A stretch of 64,000 nucleotides of DNA from Candidatus Peregrinibacteria bacterium (GTDB lineage Bacteria; Patescibacteriota; Gracilibacteria; UBA1369), in contig OY970195.1 in the NCBI GenBank assembly GCA_963708185.1, positions 640,001-704,000 of the forward strand. The letters run 5' to 3'. The stretch's first letter is position 1. Every line of letters starts with the position of its first letter. The notes below the pieces were generated by a model that saw only the letters and a program-made list of their open reading frames with translations, was not told the DNA's origin and searched no databases. Shown in pieces: positions 9,700-20,084 of the stretch. The position numbers and the translations under genes are program-made.

Positions 9700-10924
9700 G
9701 GTTCCAACCATAAAAAAAAGTTTTCCCATTTTTTCACGGCAGGTGAACGGAAAACCTTTGGTCTATCTGGATAACGCTTCGACGACCCAGAAACCGCAAG
9801 CAGTCCTTGATGCTCTGACAAACTACTACACCACCATCAACGCTAACGTGCACCGCGGCGTCCACACACTTTCGGAAGAAGCGACGGAAGCCTACGAAGG
9901 GGTACGGGCGAAGACCGCGGAATTTATCGGGGCGCGGGAGCCGGCCGAGATTGTTTTTACCCGCAATGCGACCGAGGCGATCAACCTTGTGGCTTATACC
10001 TGGGGGGAAAGGAACATCGAAGCCGGCGACGAAATCGTGGTGAGTGCGCTGGAACACCATTCCAACCTGGTGCCGTGGCAGGAACTTTGCCGCAGGAAGA
10101 AAGCTGTTTTGAGGGTTCTTCCCCTGGACGGAGATGCGGCGTTTGCTGACGGAAACATTGATGTTTCACGGCTTGGAGAGTTTGTCGGCGAAAAATGCAA
10201 ACTGGTCGCGGTAACGCAGATGTCCAATGTTCTGGGAACGATCGTTCCGCTGGAAAAAATTATCGAAGCCGCTCACAAGGTCGGAGCAAAAGTTCTCGTG
10301 GACGGAGCTCAGGGCGTTCCGCACCTCGGCATTGACGTCCAGAAACTCGACTGTGATTTTCTTGCTTTTTCAAGCCATAAAATGTTCGGGCCGACCGGCA
10401 CGGGCATTTTGTACGGCAAACGGGAACTGCTCGAAGCGATGCCTCCGTTTTTATTTGGCGGAGACATGGTGAAAGAGGTCGGCCCTTACCAGGCCAACTG
10501 GAACGAACTTCCCTGGAAGTTCGAAGCCGGCACGCCGAACATTGCCGACGTCATCGCGTTTGGTGCGGCCATAGATTTCGCGAAAAGTCTGGATGTTGAA
10601 GCGGTAAGACTGCACGATGAACAACTCGTAACCTACGCACGCCAAAAACTTTCAGGGTTTGCCGGTATGACGGTTTACGGCCCGGCCCGGTCGGGAGGGA
10701 TTGTTTCATTCAACGTTCCCGGGGTTCATCCGCATGACGTGGCGTCTATTCTGAACGAAGCCGGGGTTGCCATCCGGGCCGGCCATCACTGTGCTCAACC
10801 ACTGATGCAAAGGCTGAAAGTCCCGGCCACTAGCAGAATAAGTTTTTCGGTCTATAATAGCGAAGCCGACGTCGACGCGGCTTGTGAAGGACTCAACAAC
10901 GTTTACAAAATTTTCAAACTCTAA
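9686..10924 (+). CDS. sufS: Cysteine desulfurase SufS
   Basis: YLDNASTTQKP, ANVHRG, SSHKMFGPTG, RAGHHCAQP. Confidence 0.97.
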   Translation: MQMFEVPTIKKSFPIFSRQVNGKPLVYLDNASTTQKPQAVLDALTNYYTTINANVHRGVHTLSEEATEAYEGVRAKTAEFIGAREPAEIVFTRNATEAINLVAYTWGERNIEAGDEIVVSALEHHSNLVPWQELCRRKKAVLRVLPLDGDAAFADGNIDVSRLGEFVGEKCKLVAVTQMSNVLGTIVPLEKIIEAAHKVGAKVLVDGAQGVPHLGIDVQKLDCDFLAFSSHKMFGPTGTGILYGKRELLEAMPPFLFGGDMVKEVGPYQANWNELPWKFEAGTPNIADVIAFGAAIDFAKSLDVEAVRLHDEQLVTYARQKLSGFAGMTVYGPARSGGIVSFNVPGVHPHDVASILNEAGVAIRAGHHCAQPLMQRLKVPATSRISFSVYNSEADVDAACEGLNNVYKIFKL

Positions 10925-10925
10925 G

Positions 10926-11306
10926 ATGGATCTCTACGGCGAAATTATTCTGGACCACTACCAAAACCCCCATCATCACGGGAGGCTGGAATTTGCGACT
11001 CTTTCGGGCCGGGATTCCAATCCTTTATGCGGTGATCAGATCCAGCTGGACCTCATCACCGACCGTGACGGAGTCATCACCGACGCCGGTTTTACGGGCC
11101 AGGGTTGCGCCATCAGCCAGGCCAGCGCTTCGATGCTCACCGATGAACTCATCGGCAAAACGCTCTTCGAGGCCGTCCAGATGAACAGTGAAGATATCTA
11201 TAAAATGCTCAACGTTCCTCTGACCACAGCCAGGGTCAAATGCGCGCTGCTCTCTTTGGCCACTTTGAAAAAAACCATTACTTTGGAAAAACTTCAACAA
11301 TCATGA
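10926..11306 (+). CDS. sufU: SufU/NifU-type scaffold
   Basis: MDLYGEIILDHY, NPLCGD, GCAISQASAS, RVKCALL; start corrected to ATG 10926. Confidence 0.95.
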   Translation: MDLYGEIILDHYQNPHHHGRLEFATLSGRDSNPLCGDQIQLDLITDRDGVITDAGFTGQGCAISQASASMLTDELIGKTLFEAVQMNSEDIYKMLNVPLTTARVKCALLSLATLKKTITLEKLQQS

Positions 11307-11734
11307 GCGACATGAAACCAATTTTACCGCAGCAGGGACCTTCGTTTGGCATCCCCCACTATGATCCGCCAAAAGATGCATCATCCGGCGATGGGATCAA
11401 AACTCCGCAGATGGAAGCGGCGAAACGAGATTTTGACCAAACCAACCCCTACTACACTATTCTCAACATGGTCGTCGATCCCGAAGTCGGCGTGGGCATC
11501 GTGGACATGGGCCTCATTTACCACGTTGAAGAGCATGACGGCATCGTTGTCGTTACGATGACACTGACGTCAATGGGCTGTCCCGCCGGTCCCCAATTAA
11601 CAACCGATGTTGATGCCGTTTTACGGATGCAGGAAGGCGTGAAGGACGTTGAAATCGAGGTGGTCTGGGATCCGCCATGGAATCCGGACATGATGAATCC
11701 GGAAATCCGCCAGATGCTCTTTGGCGGATTCTAA
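11303..11734 (+). CDS. sufT: DUF59/SufT metal-sulfur cluster biosynthesis protein
   Basis: VVDPEVGVGIVDMGLIY, TLTSMGCP, VWDPPWNP; ATGA overlap with sufU. Confidence 0.9.
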   Translation: MSDMKPILPQQGPSFGIPHYDPPKDASSGDGIKTPQMEAAKRDFDQTNPYYTILNMVVDPEVGVGIVDMGLIYHVEEHDGIVVVTMTLTSMGCPAGPQLTTDVDAVLRMQEGVKDVEIEVVWDPPWNPDMMNPEIRQMLFGGF

Positions 11735-11751
11735 CGTCGGCCCATGAATCT

Positions 11752-12369
11752 CTATGCCGCGTCGGCGTAAGGAATTTCGCCGTCGGGTTCTTTTTTATTC
11801 ATGACTTTCTTTTCCTTTCCTTCGGTCTCTTTTTCTATTTTCAAAGTATCGAGATGATGGCGGACGCTTTCAAGAACGTTGCTTTTGGCGTTCCTGAGTT
11901 TTTCGATCGGTTCAAGAAAAGGAAGGATCGCTTCCACCTCGGGCTGGAAAACGCTCGCAATATAGACGCTCCATTTGGTTTTCTTCTTGTCCCATTCGTG
12001 CTTTTCGTTGATCTTTTCGTCGCGGTCTTCCGGCGACGCGTGTCCTTTGTATTGTAAGAGTCCCATTTCGATGAGTGTATTGAACCAGGCCGGCATCATC
12101 GGGACGGTCTCTTCGCCTTTGAGTACAGCCCACTGGACTGAATGCGGTAGCTTGTCCCAGCCTTTCCTGAAGGCTTTAAAAGCTTTGTTCTGGTTCAGCC
12201 ATTCACCGAATTTCTGCGCTTCGCGCTGGAGTGTTTTGTCATCACTGATGGATTCGAGATGTTCGGCCACTTTCTTCATCTTTTCAAGATCTTTGTCGTT
12301 TCCGTCTGCAGAAGTTTGTTCTGGATTTTTCATAATCATGGAACTTATGGATTGATCTTTTGGTTTCAT
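11752..12369 (-). CDS. Hypothetical protein (Lys/Glu-rich)
   Basis: 205-aa ORF translationally coupled to the ABC transporter stop. Confidence 0.75.
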   Translation of the reverse strand: MKPKDQSISSMIMKNPEQTSADGNDKDLEKMKKVAEHLESISDDKTLQREAQKFGEWLNQNKAFKAFRKGWDKLPHSVQWAVLKGEETVPMMPAWFNTLIEMGLLQYKGHASPEDRDEKINEKHEWDKKKTKWSVYIASVFQPEVEAILPFLEPIEKLRNAKSNVLESVRHHLDTLKIEKETEGKEKKVMNKKEPDGEIPYADAA

Positions 12370-14243
12370 TATACACCCGTTTGCGGTTCAAGATTACTTG
12401 TTTCCGGGACCGTCGTCTCTGGAACAGACATCATGACGTGCTCAATGGAAGGTCCGGTTATTTCGTCTTCGTCGCTCAGGAATCCTCCAACCTGCATTTC
12501 GTAGAGTTTTTTATAGACTCCTCCTTCTTTTCGGACGAGATTGCGGTGCGTACCTTCTTCAACGATTTTCCCTCCGGCAAACACCAAAATTCTGTCAACG
12601 GATTTGATAGTACTGAGACGATGAGCGATGATGATGGACGTTTTGTTTTTGAGAAGATTTTTGAGAGCTTCCTGGATGAGTGATTCTGAATGTGAATCCA
12701 GTGAACTCGTGGCTTCATCCAAAATAACGATGGGACAGCCGGCAAGAATGGCTCGAGCAATGGCCACGCGTTGGCGTTCGCCGCCGGAAAGTTTCACTCC
12801 TCTCTCTCCCACAAGCGTTTCATATTTCCGGGGAAGCGTTTCTATAAACTTCGAAGCGTAAGCAAGGCCGGCGGCTTGTTCAATTTCCGTTGTGGTCGCG
12901 TCAGGTTTTCCATAGGCAATGTTCTCGCGCAGAGAACGGTGGAAGAGGATCGGGTCCTGGGGAACAAGTGCAATGTTCCGGCGAAGACTGGACTGAGTCA
13001 CTTTGGAAATGTCCTGTCCGTCGATAACAATGGCCCCGCTCTGGATGTTGTAGAGTCGCTGGATGAGTCTTACCAGTGTAGATTTTCCGCTGCCGCTGTG
13101 TCCGACCAGCGCGATTTTTTCACCGGGGTTGATGGTCAAAGTAAATTTCTTAAAAATATGATCCTTGTGAAACGGATAATGGAAATTCACATTTTTGAGC
13201 TCAATTTTTCCCCGATCGATTTTGAGCTGTTTCGCTCCCTTCGCGTCTTTGACTTCGATCGGCGTTTGTTGGAATTGCACGACGTCCTCGATATCGCTCA
13301 TGGCTTCCTGTAGATCACGAATGCGGTCGCCGATCGGACGGAAATATCCGGTGAACACCAGATAGCTTGAAAGGACGAACACAAAGTCGGCAATAGTAAG
13401 CATGCCTTTGTACCAAAACCAGATGGCTCCCGCGAAAAGGGAAAACTTGAGGATCATGATGAGAACGTTCTGAATGACGGCCACGATGTTGGAGCGGATC
13501 CAGGCCGTACGCGCGGAAATCCGCCATCGGTTGACGACTTTTTTGTAATATCCGAGTTCGCGTTTTTCACCGCCGAACGATTTGACGGTTGCGTTGCAGG
13601 AAATGGCATCGGCTAACGTGGCCCCGATACGATTGTCGTCCTTATTGGCCCGGCGGCGCTGCGGTGCAACGTAACCAAGCGCGAGGCTCACGCTGGTCGT
13701 TACGTAGACTGCGGTAAAAATTGCAAAGATGAGTCCAAGGAGCGGGTTCTTGAACGAAGTCATGAGGACGAGACCGATGACGACGCCCACCGCTGGATAG
13801 AGGTCGTAACAGACGATGTCGTAAAAGATGTGAGCCGAGCGCATGCCTCTCTTTATTTTTGTAACCGTTGATCCGGCAAAGCTGTTGTTGTGCCAGTCGG
13901 TGGAAAACTTTTGCACTTGATCGAGCGCTTCCGTGGATACTAGGGACTGGACCCCGGAATCCGTATAACAGTTAAAAAAGTTGGCAACACGGTAACTTAC
14001 ATGGAAGATGACCCCCTGCACCGCGATCATGAAAACCCAGAAAATTGCCTGCTGGAAACGTAAATCAACGCTCAGCTGGTCGTTCTGAATCACTCCGACG
14101 ATCTGCCCCATAATGAAAGGGTTCATCAGGTCCGCCACGTAGCTGAGCGTCACAAAGAAATATGCGGCAAAAACCATCCAGGGTCTTCGACGGAAATAGC
14201 TCCAAATAAACTGAATAATCTGTCTGTTCGAGACGGTCTTCAT
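12369..14243 (-). CDS. ABC exporter, fused permease plus ATPase
   Basis: N-terminal TM domain; GHSGSGKST, LSGGERQR, ILDEATS. Confidence 0.95.
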   Translation of the reverse strand: MKTVSNRQIIQFIWSYFRRRPWMVFAAYFFVTLSYVADLMNPFIMGQIVGVIQNDQLSVDLRFQQAIFWVFMIAVQGVIFHVSYRVANFFNCYTDSGVQSLVSTEALDQVQKFSTDWHNNSFAGSTVTKIKRGMRSAHIFYDIVCYDLYPAVGVVIGLVLMTSFKNPLLGLIFAIFTAVYVTTSVSLALGYVAPQRRRANKDDNRIGATLADAISCNATVKSFGGEKRELGYYKKVVNRWRISARTAWIRSNIVAVIQNVLIMILKFSLFAGAIWFWYKGMLTIADFVFVLSSYLVFTGYFRPIGDRIRDLQEAMSDIEDVVQFQQTPIEVKDAKGAKQLKIDRGKIELKNVNFHYPFHKDHIFKKFTLTINPGEKIALVGHSGSGKSTLVRLIQRLYNIQSGAIVIDGQDISKVTQSSLRRNIALVPQDPILFHRSLRENIAYGKPDATTTEIEQAAGLAYASKFIETLPRKYETLVGERGVKLSGGERQRVAIARAILAGCPIVILDEATSSLDSHSESLIQEALKNLLKNKTSIIIAHRLSTIKSVDRILVFAGGKIVEEGTHRNLVRKEGGVYKKLYEMQVGGFLSDEDEITGPSIEHVMMSVPETTVPETSNLEPQTGV

Positions 14244-14266
14244 TGGTGATCGATGGTGTTAAACGT

Positions 14267-14821
14267 TTACGCTTTTTTTTCGTAAGTCAGGAACTCGAAA
14301 TCGATGTCGTTTTCGTGTTTTTTGCCGCTTCGGTCGATAATTTTGAAAAGGTGTTCGTCGATTGGAGGAAAGAAAGCATCACACTCAAAATGCTGATCGA
14401 GGCGGGTAAGGTAGATGGTCTGGCAATCGGGATGTTCAATGGCTTCGGCGTATACACGCGCGCCGCCAATGACGAAGACGTGTTCAATGAGTTTGGAATT
14501 GCAAATCTCCAAAGCCATTTCCAGAGAGTTTGCCCAAGCGGGAGCGGTCAAAGCGTTGGTGGTTTCTTTGAGAGGAGGTTGTTCGGCGGCAGCTTCCCGT
14601 GAAAGGATAATATTGTAACGGTCTTTGAGCGGCCGGTGTTTTTCCGGTATCGATTCCCACGTTTTCCTGCCCATGATGACGGCGTTTCTACAATAGGGAT
14701 CGTGCGTTTTGGTTGTTATCTCCGCAAAGTATTTCATGTCTGCAGGAAGCTTCCACACAATCGTGTTGTTTTTTCCGATTCCATTACGGCTATCCGCGGC
14801 TGCGATCAAAGAAAATTTCAT
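14267..14821 (-). CDS. folA: Dihydrofolate reductase
   Basis: MKFSLIAAAD, NAVIMGRKTWESIP..RPLKDR, FVIGGA, CDAFFP. Confidence 0.96.
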   Translation of the reverse strand: MKFSLIAAADSRNGIGKNNTIVWKLPADMKYFAEITTKTHDPYCRNAVIMGRKTWESIPEKHRPLKDRYNIILSREAAAEQPPLKETTNALTAPAWANSLEMALEICNSKLIEHVFVIGGARVYAEAIEHPDCQTIYLTRLDQHFECDAFFPPIDEHLFKIIDRSGKKHENDIDFEFLTYEKKA

Positions 14822-14856
14822 TTTTCGTATAAAAATTTTATACAACCATTGTAAAA

Positions 14857-15714
14857 CTAAACGGCAACTTCAAACTTGATGAAAGGATGATGTTGGTAGT
14901 TTTCCAGTGTAAAGTCTTCATACTTGAGGTCCCAGAAAGGTTTCTTGGCGATTTTCAATGTGGGCAAAGGAAATTCGGTTCTTTCCAGCTGCTTCTTCAT
15001 GCCTTCAATGTGGTTTAGATAAATGTGAGTGTCCCCCATGGTGTGAGTAAAAATTCCAGGTTGGAGGTTGCACTCCTGCGCAACCATCATGAGCAGCGCC
15101 GCGTAACTGGCGATATTGAAGGGTACTCCCAGGGCAACGTCGGCGCTGCGCTGGTAGAGTTGAAGATCCAGCCTTCCGTTTATCACGTAAAACTGGAAAA
15201 AAGCATGGCATGGCGGCAGTTTCATCCGGTCGATGTCCGCAACATTCCAGGCACTTACAATAATGCGACGTGAGTTGGGATTTTTTTTTATGGTGTCGAT
15301 GGCCTGCTGAATTTGATCAATATGGGTTTTGGTATACATTCCGGTTTCGCCGGCCCGGCCTTTGGTATCCGTGAATTGAAGAGCTTCGGATTTCATTGGT
15401 GTGAATTTTCCCCACTTTCTCCATTGATAGCCGTAGATCGGTCCAAGCTCGCCGTCGGGATCCGCCCAGGCGTTCCAGATCGGTGTGTACTCGGCAAGCT
15501 CATCGTTAATGTTGGTCGATCCGCGCAAAAACCACAACAGCTCCCTGAGGATGCCGTCGAAACGGACTTTTTTGGTTGTGAGTAAAGGGAAGCCGTCACG
15601 AAGATCGTATTTTCGCTGGGTTCCAAAAACCGAAATGGTGCCCACTCCCGTCCGGTCCTTTTTTTCCGCTCCGTTTTCGAGAATTTCACGCACTAAACTG
15701 TGGTACTGCTCCAT
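14857..15714 (-). CDS. thyA: Thymidylate synthase
   Basis: [37 protein letters not shown]. Confidence 0.98.
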   Translation of the reverse strand: MEQYHSLVREILENGAEKKDRTGVGTISVFGTQRKYDLRDGFPLLTTKKVRFDGILRELLWFLRGSTNINDELAEYTPIWNAWADPDGELGPIYGYQWRKWGKFTPMKSEALQFTDTKGRAGETGMYTKTHIDQIQQAIDTIKKNPNSRRIIVSAWNVADIDRMKLPPCHAFFQFYVINGRLDLQLYQRSADVALGVPFNIASYAALLMMVAQECNLQPGIFTHTMGDTHIYLNHIEGMKKQLERTEFPLPTLKIAKKPFWDLKYEDFTLENYQHHPFIKFEVAV

Positions 15715-15822
15715 ATTCAAAACTTAAAAGCATCCGCATTGTATGGGAAATTTTTGCAAATGTAAATTTGGGGGTTTTATGGTATAATAATGAGATAATT
15801 TGATATTTTTAACTTGCCCCGA

Positions 15823-16525
15823 CATGGACAATATGCACTCCGGCCAGGAATCAGAAAATTCCGAAGCGGCCGTTCCACAACACGAACATTCCGAATCAAC
15901 AATTGATCTTCAAGAAGAACTGGAAGAGGTTCTTGGAAAACTTTCCTACGGCGAACGTTCAGCGCTCGAACATTCCACATGGGAAGACTCCCGCAAAAAA
16001 TGGAAAGACGGTTTTCTGGATTTTCTCAAAAGAAACGAACTTCGGGGCAAAAACGCCGCGGTGAGCCTGCTCAAAGCTTACGTCAAAAACGTGAAAAAAA
16101 GTTACGAAGAAACCAGCTACAGCGAGGATCCTGAAACTAAAAAACTCTACAAGACCCAGCTGGCGATCGCCGAAAAGATGCTCGGCCTCTACTCTCCCGA
16201 AACAAAGAAAAATAAGGAGCTGAGCCATAAGGAAAAGGTCAAAAGCATTTACAGCAAAGAAAACGTCCTCTTCACTCTGCGCAATATCCGCAGGCAGATC
16301 TTCGAGCTCGTCGGCCTGAAAGATCCATGGTTCGATTATTCCCAGCTTCAACAGGGAACGTCGGAACTTGAAGGGCAAATGGGAGGAAAAGGGCAAAATG
16401 CTTCGCAGCTGCCTGTTCCTCGCCAAAACGAAACTCCGCCAATGGCCAAGCCTTCGCAAGAGCCGGCAGTTCCCGAACATGCCCCTCCAGCTACTGACGA
16501 AGGCGGAGAAGAAAAAGCAGCCTGA
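15823..16525 (+). CDS. Hypothetical protein
   Basis: Charged ORF; ATG 15823 preferred over TTG 15800. Confidence 0.7.
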
Positions 16526-16548
16526 ATCAGACGTGATATAATGGTTTC

Positions 16549-17457
16549 ATGAGTCCTGCGTTCGAACAGCAAAAAGAGGCCTTCAACCAAGCGCTTCAAC
16601 AAACGTACACTGCGTGTATTTTCGATATCGACGGCACGCTGACCGTCCGCGGTGACGAGTTTATCCCGGCATATCTGCAACCGAAACTTGCTGAGCTTTC
16701 GATGTCTGTTCCGATGGCCGTCTGTACCGCGAGGAGGCTCGATCATGCCCGTGAAAAACTTGCTCCGCTTTTTATCCACGCCGTGGATCCGCTCAAAAGC
16801 GAAAGCAACTGGGTGTTGATCTGCGAAAACGGAGCGATCGGTTATTTTTTTGACGCCCAACAGAAAAAGTATCTTGAACTTTACCGTGAAAAATATCCTT
16901 ATCCGGAACAGGTGAGAGTGGCGCTGTTCCAGCACCTCAACGAACGGCTCAAAGACAAACTCGGAGTTTCCTTCATGAACGTCGTCAGCATGATCTTCCG
17001 TCCTCCCTGGGAAGGTTTGCCCAGAGAAGAAATCGCAATAAAAAGCAGAGAGATCGCTCTTATCATCGCCCGGGAACTTCTTCCTTTCGACCCCAAGGGA
17101 CTGCTTGCCGTCGGCGATTCCGGCATCGGCGTGAATGTTTATCCGATGCAGAGCGATAAAGAACGCGGCATCGTCGAGTTTGCGAAACACATTGTCTCGA
17201 CCAGGGGGTTGAAAATTTCACAGGATGCCAAAGAAATCGTCGCGGTCGGAGACCAGCCTGGCCCGCTTGGAAACGACGAGCAGTTCTTGAACGGAAAGTT
17301 TGGAACGCCTTTTACCGTCGGCGAAACCCATCCACAGAACGTCCTGCCTTTACCCGTTTTTGACAACGACAAGATCCTGCAAGGCCCGGAGGCCACACTT
17401 TTTCTGCTCGATCGGCTCAATTTTCGTGAAGGTCTCGGCTTGAGGTCGAAAGCCTGA
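16549..17457 (+). CDS. HAD-superfamily hydrolase (IIB-like)
   Basis: IFDIDGTL, ICENGA, K, VGDQPGPLGND motifs. Confidence 0.85.
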   Translation: MSPAFEQQKEAFNQALQQTYTACIFDIDGTLTVRGDEFIPAYLQPKLAELSMSVPMAVCTARRLDHAREKLAPLFIHAVDPLKSESNWVLICENGAIGYFFDAQQKKYLELYREKYPYPEQVRVALFQHLNERLKDKLGVSFMNVVSMIFRPPWEGLPREEIAIKSREIALIIARELLPFDPKGLLAVGDSGIGVNVYPMQSDKERGIVEFAKHIVSTRGLKISQDAKEIVAVGDQPGPLGNDEQFLNGKFGTPFTVGETHPQNVLPLPVFDNDKILQGPEATLFLLDRLNFREGLGLRSKA

Positions 17458-17518
17458 ACAACTTGGCCTTTGGTATTTGGGGTTTTCGCCGTATGATATG
17501 TATAAATAACAATCTTCT

Positions 17519-18106
17519 ATGAATGAACCAACCGTAAAAAAAAATTCTTCCCAGCTCCGTCATCCCTATCAGCGGGTCGGGATTTTTATCGATACGCAAA
17601 ATCTCTACCATTCGGCGCGTTCTCTTTTTAACAGCAACGTCAATTACAAGAGTCTCGTTGACGGTGCCGTCGGCGAACGACGGCTCATCAGGGCTTTCGC
17701 CTACGTTATCAAGTCCGAAACAAACGATGAAAGTAAATTCTTTGAGGCGTTGACCGATCTCGGCATCGAAACCCGCGTCAAAGACCTCCAGATTTTTTAC
17801 AGCGGAGAGAAAAAGGCCGACTGGGACGTGGGGATCGCCATGGACATCGTGCGCCTGAGCGAAAAGATCGACACTGTTGTCCTGGTCAGCGGCGATGGTG
17901 ATTTTCTTGAAGTGCTGCGTTACGTGAAATCACGCGGCATACGGGCGGAACTGATGGCTTTCAAAAAAACCACTTCAGCGAAGCTCCTCGAAGAAGCCGA
18001 TGATTACATCGACCTCGGCGGATCCGGAGGAAAATTCCTCATACCGCTCGGTAAAACCGCGAGAATGAACCAGCGACGGCCTTCGACAAAATGGAACGCC
18101 CGTTAA
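17519..18106 (+). CDS. NYN-domain (LabA/DUF88) protein
   Basis: IFIDTQNLY, KADWDVGIAMD, LVSGDGDF. Confidence 0.93.
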   Translation: MNEPTVKKNSSQLRHPYQRVGIFIDTQNLYHSARSLFNSNVNYKSLVDGAVGERRLIRAFAYVIKSETNDESKFFEALTDLGIETRVKDLQIFYSGEKKADWDVGIAMDIVRLSEKIDTVVLVSGDGDFLEVLRYVKSRGIRAELMAFKKTTSAKLLEEADDYIDLGGSGGKFLIPLGKTARMNQRRPSTKWNAR

Positions 18107-18136
18107 TGTGAACGCGTGCCCAAGCCTCAATCCGGT

Positions 18137-19021
18137 TTATTTCCGGCGTTTTTTGTTTGGTTTTTTGGAGTTTGATTTCTTGTAGAGATCGTTCAACGTC
18201 TTCTTCGGAACATGCTTGAGAATGTCACGGAGGCGCATGTCGACGGAAATCAGCAAGCCTGTCAGGATGGCGATGATGATCCAGAACCACCAAAAATAGT
18301 CCTGGCACACGTATCCGAACCAGAAATTGAATTCGTCGTTGAGGGTTTGTTCGACTTCAGCGGCTCCTTTGAGGATTTCGTTTCCTGAAGGTTTGGTCGG
18401 CGTCGGCGTGATCCACGGATTTTGACCATTGTTTTGAGGCTGTTCCTGAGGGTTTGTCTGCAGGACATTCCCCTGAAGTTCCTGGGTGTTTACTCCCGGA
18501 AGGGTCGGGGTTGGCGTTGGTGTTGGTGTTGGGGTTGGTGTTGGTGTTGGGGTTGGGGTTGGGGTTGGCGTTGGTGTTGGGGTTGGCGTCGGCGTCGGCG
18601 TGGTTTGCTGCGTCGGCTGTTGCGTTGCCCCAGGTGGAACAAATAAACCTGGAGGATAACTTCCGCCTGTTCCACCTCCCCCCCCTCCTCCTCCTCCTCC
18701 TGGTGGTGGTGGTGGCGGTGGTGGTGGTGGCGGTGGTGGCGGTGGTGGCGGGGTTGTGGGCGTACAGTCTCCGTATGCTTCCTGGATAAATCCCGTACAA
18801 AGTGAATAATCTGTACTGGATGATGTCCCGGGGACGCTGTCGCCAACGGCGCCGTGCAATCCGTAATCTGCTGAAGAACCTTTCGCCGCTGAGTTGGTAA
18901 GCGCGGTAAAATCCAGAGAATAGCTGGTACTTGTTCCGGCAACGGCCGACGCCGTCGAGATCGAACAGATCATTCCGACGACAAAGGCGAGCGGCAAACT
19001 CTTGTATAAGCTTTTGAACAT
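18137..19021 (-). CDS. Secreted, C-terminally membrane-anchored Pro/Thr-rich surface protein
   Basis: Signal peptide MFKSLYKSLPLAFVVG..ASA, poly-Pro, poly-Gly, (TP)n stalk, C-terminal TM and basic tail. Confidence 0.8.
   Translation of the reverse strand: MFKSLYKSLPLAFVVGMICSISTASAVAGTSTSYSLDFTALTNSAAKGSSADYGLHGAVGDSVPGTSSSTDYSLCTGFIQEAYGDCTPTTPPPPPPPPPPPPPPPPPGGGGGGGGGGTGGSYPPGLFVPPGATQQPTQQTTPTPTPTPTPTPTPTPTPTPTPTPTPTPTPTPTLPGVNTQELQGNVLQTNPQEQPQNNGQNPWITPTPTKPSGNEILKGAAEVEQTLNDEFNFWFGYVCQDYFWWFWIIIAILTGLLISVDMRLRDILKHVPKKTLNDLYKKSNSKKPNKKRRK
18502..18760 (-). repeat. Low-complexity coding repeats: (TP)n hexamers, poly-Gly, poly-Pro
   Basis: gg[g/c/t]gtt hexamer array and ggt/ggc, cct trinucleotide runs. 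Confidence 0.95.
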
Positions 19022-19133
19022 ATTTTTTTGTTTTTTGTTTTTTCTTGTTATTATAGCATTTTTTTTACTGTCCGTCACTCCCCTTTTTGATTCATTTTGT
19101 TATCATATATGGGCTACTTTTTGATGAAACTTT

Positions 19134-20084
19134 ATGGATGAACCACAAATCTACGATCTGATCATTATCGGTGCGGGCTGCGCGGGTGCAAGCGGAGCCA
19201 TGTACGCTTCCCGAATGAACCTTAAAACGCTCATGATCGCCGAACTCCCCGGAGGATTGATTACGACGACCCACCTGGTTGAAAACTGGCCGGGCATCAA
19301 AAGCATTACCGGACCCGACCTTGCTTCAGCACTTGTTGACCATGCGACATCGTTCGGTGTCCCTCTTGCTAACGAAAAGGTTACGGAGGTCACACGCATC
19401 AATGAGAACTCCCCGGAAGGCAAGCAGTCGGGGTACATCGTTAAAACGGCCTCACATACGTATAAAACGAAGACCGTCCTTTTCGCTACAGGTACGAAAT
19501 ACCGTAAAATGGGCGTCCCGGGCGAAGAAGAGTTCGCCAATAAAGGCGTTTCATACTGCGCTCTCTGCGACGGAGCCTTCTTCAAGGGAAAAACGGTTTG
19601 TGTGGTGGGAAGCGGCGATTCTGCCGCCAAGGAAGCACTGCTGCTTTCCGAGCACTGCCCTAAGGTTTATATCTTCATCCGCGGGGACAAACTGAAAGCC
19701 GAACCGGTCAACTTTGACCGTGTCATTGCGAAGGGCAGCGATAAAATCGAACTCCGCTACAAGACGCAGATTACAGAAATCACCGGCACGAAAAGCGTCG
19801 AAAAGGTTAAACTTGATAACGGGGAAGAACTTCAGATGCAAGGGGTTTTCGTCGCCATCGGGCACATCGCTCTTTCAGACATCGCCGGGAAACTCGGCGT
19901 CGCGCTGGATGCAAAAGGCGAAATCATCATCAACCGGAAGTCGGAAACCAACCTTCCGGGGGTTTACGCCGCTGGCGACGTCGCGGACACGGTCTTTAAA
20001 CAGGCTATTACCGGCGCGGCTGAGGCCGTTACCGCAGCGTATTTTGCTTTCGATTACATAGGCAAGACACCCATTGAATGCTAG
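19134..20084 (+). CDS. trxB: Thioredoxin reductase
   Basis: IIGAGCAG, VENWPG, GVSYCALCDG, GVYAAGD. Confidence 0.93.
   Translation: MDEPQIYDLIIIGAGCAGASGAMYASRMNLKTLMIAELPGGLITTTHLVENWPGIKSITGPDLASALVDHATSFGVPLANEKVTEVTRINENSPEGKQSGYIVKTASHTYKTKTVLFATGTKYRKMGVPGEEEFANKGVSYCALCDGAFFKGKTVCVVGSGDSAAKEALLLSEHCPKVYIFIRGDKLKAEPVNFDRVIAKGSDKIELRYKTQITEITGTKSVEKVKLDNGEELQMQGVFVAIGHIALSDIAGKLGVALDAKGEIIINRKSETNLPGVYAAGDVADTVFKQAITGAAEAVTAAYFAFDYIGKTPIEC

Noticed and set aside
18502-18760. Repeat array as possible CRISPR
   Set aside because: Contiguous 3- and 6-mers encoding Pro/Thr/Gly; no spacers and no cas genes.
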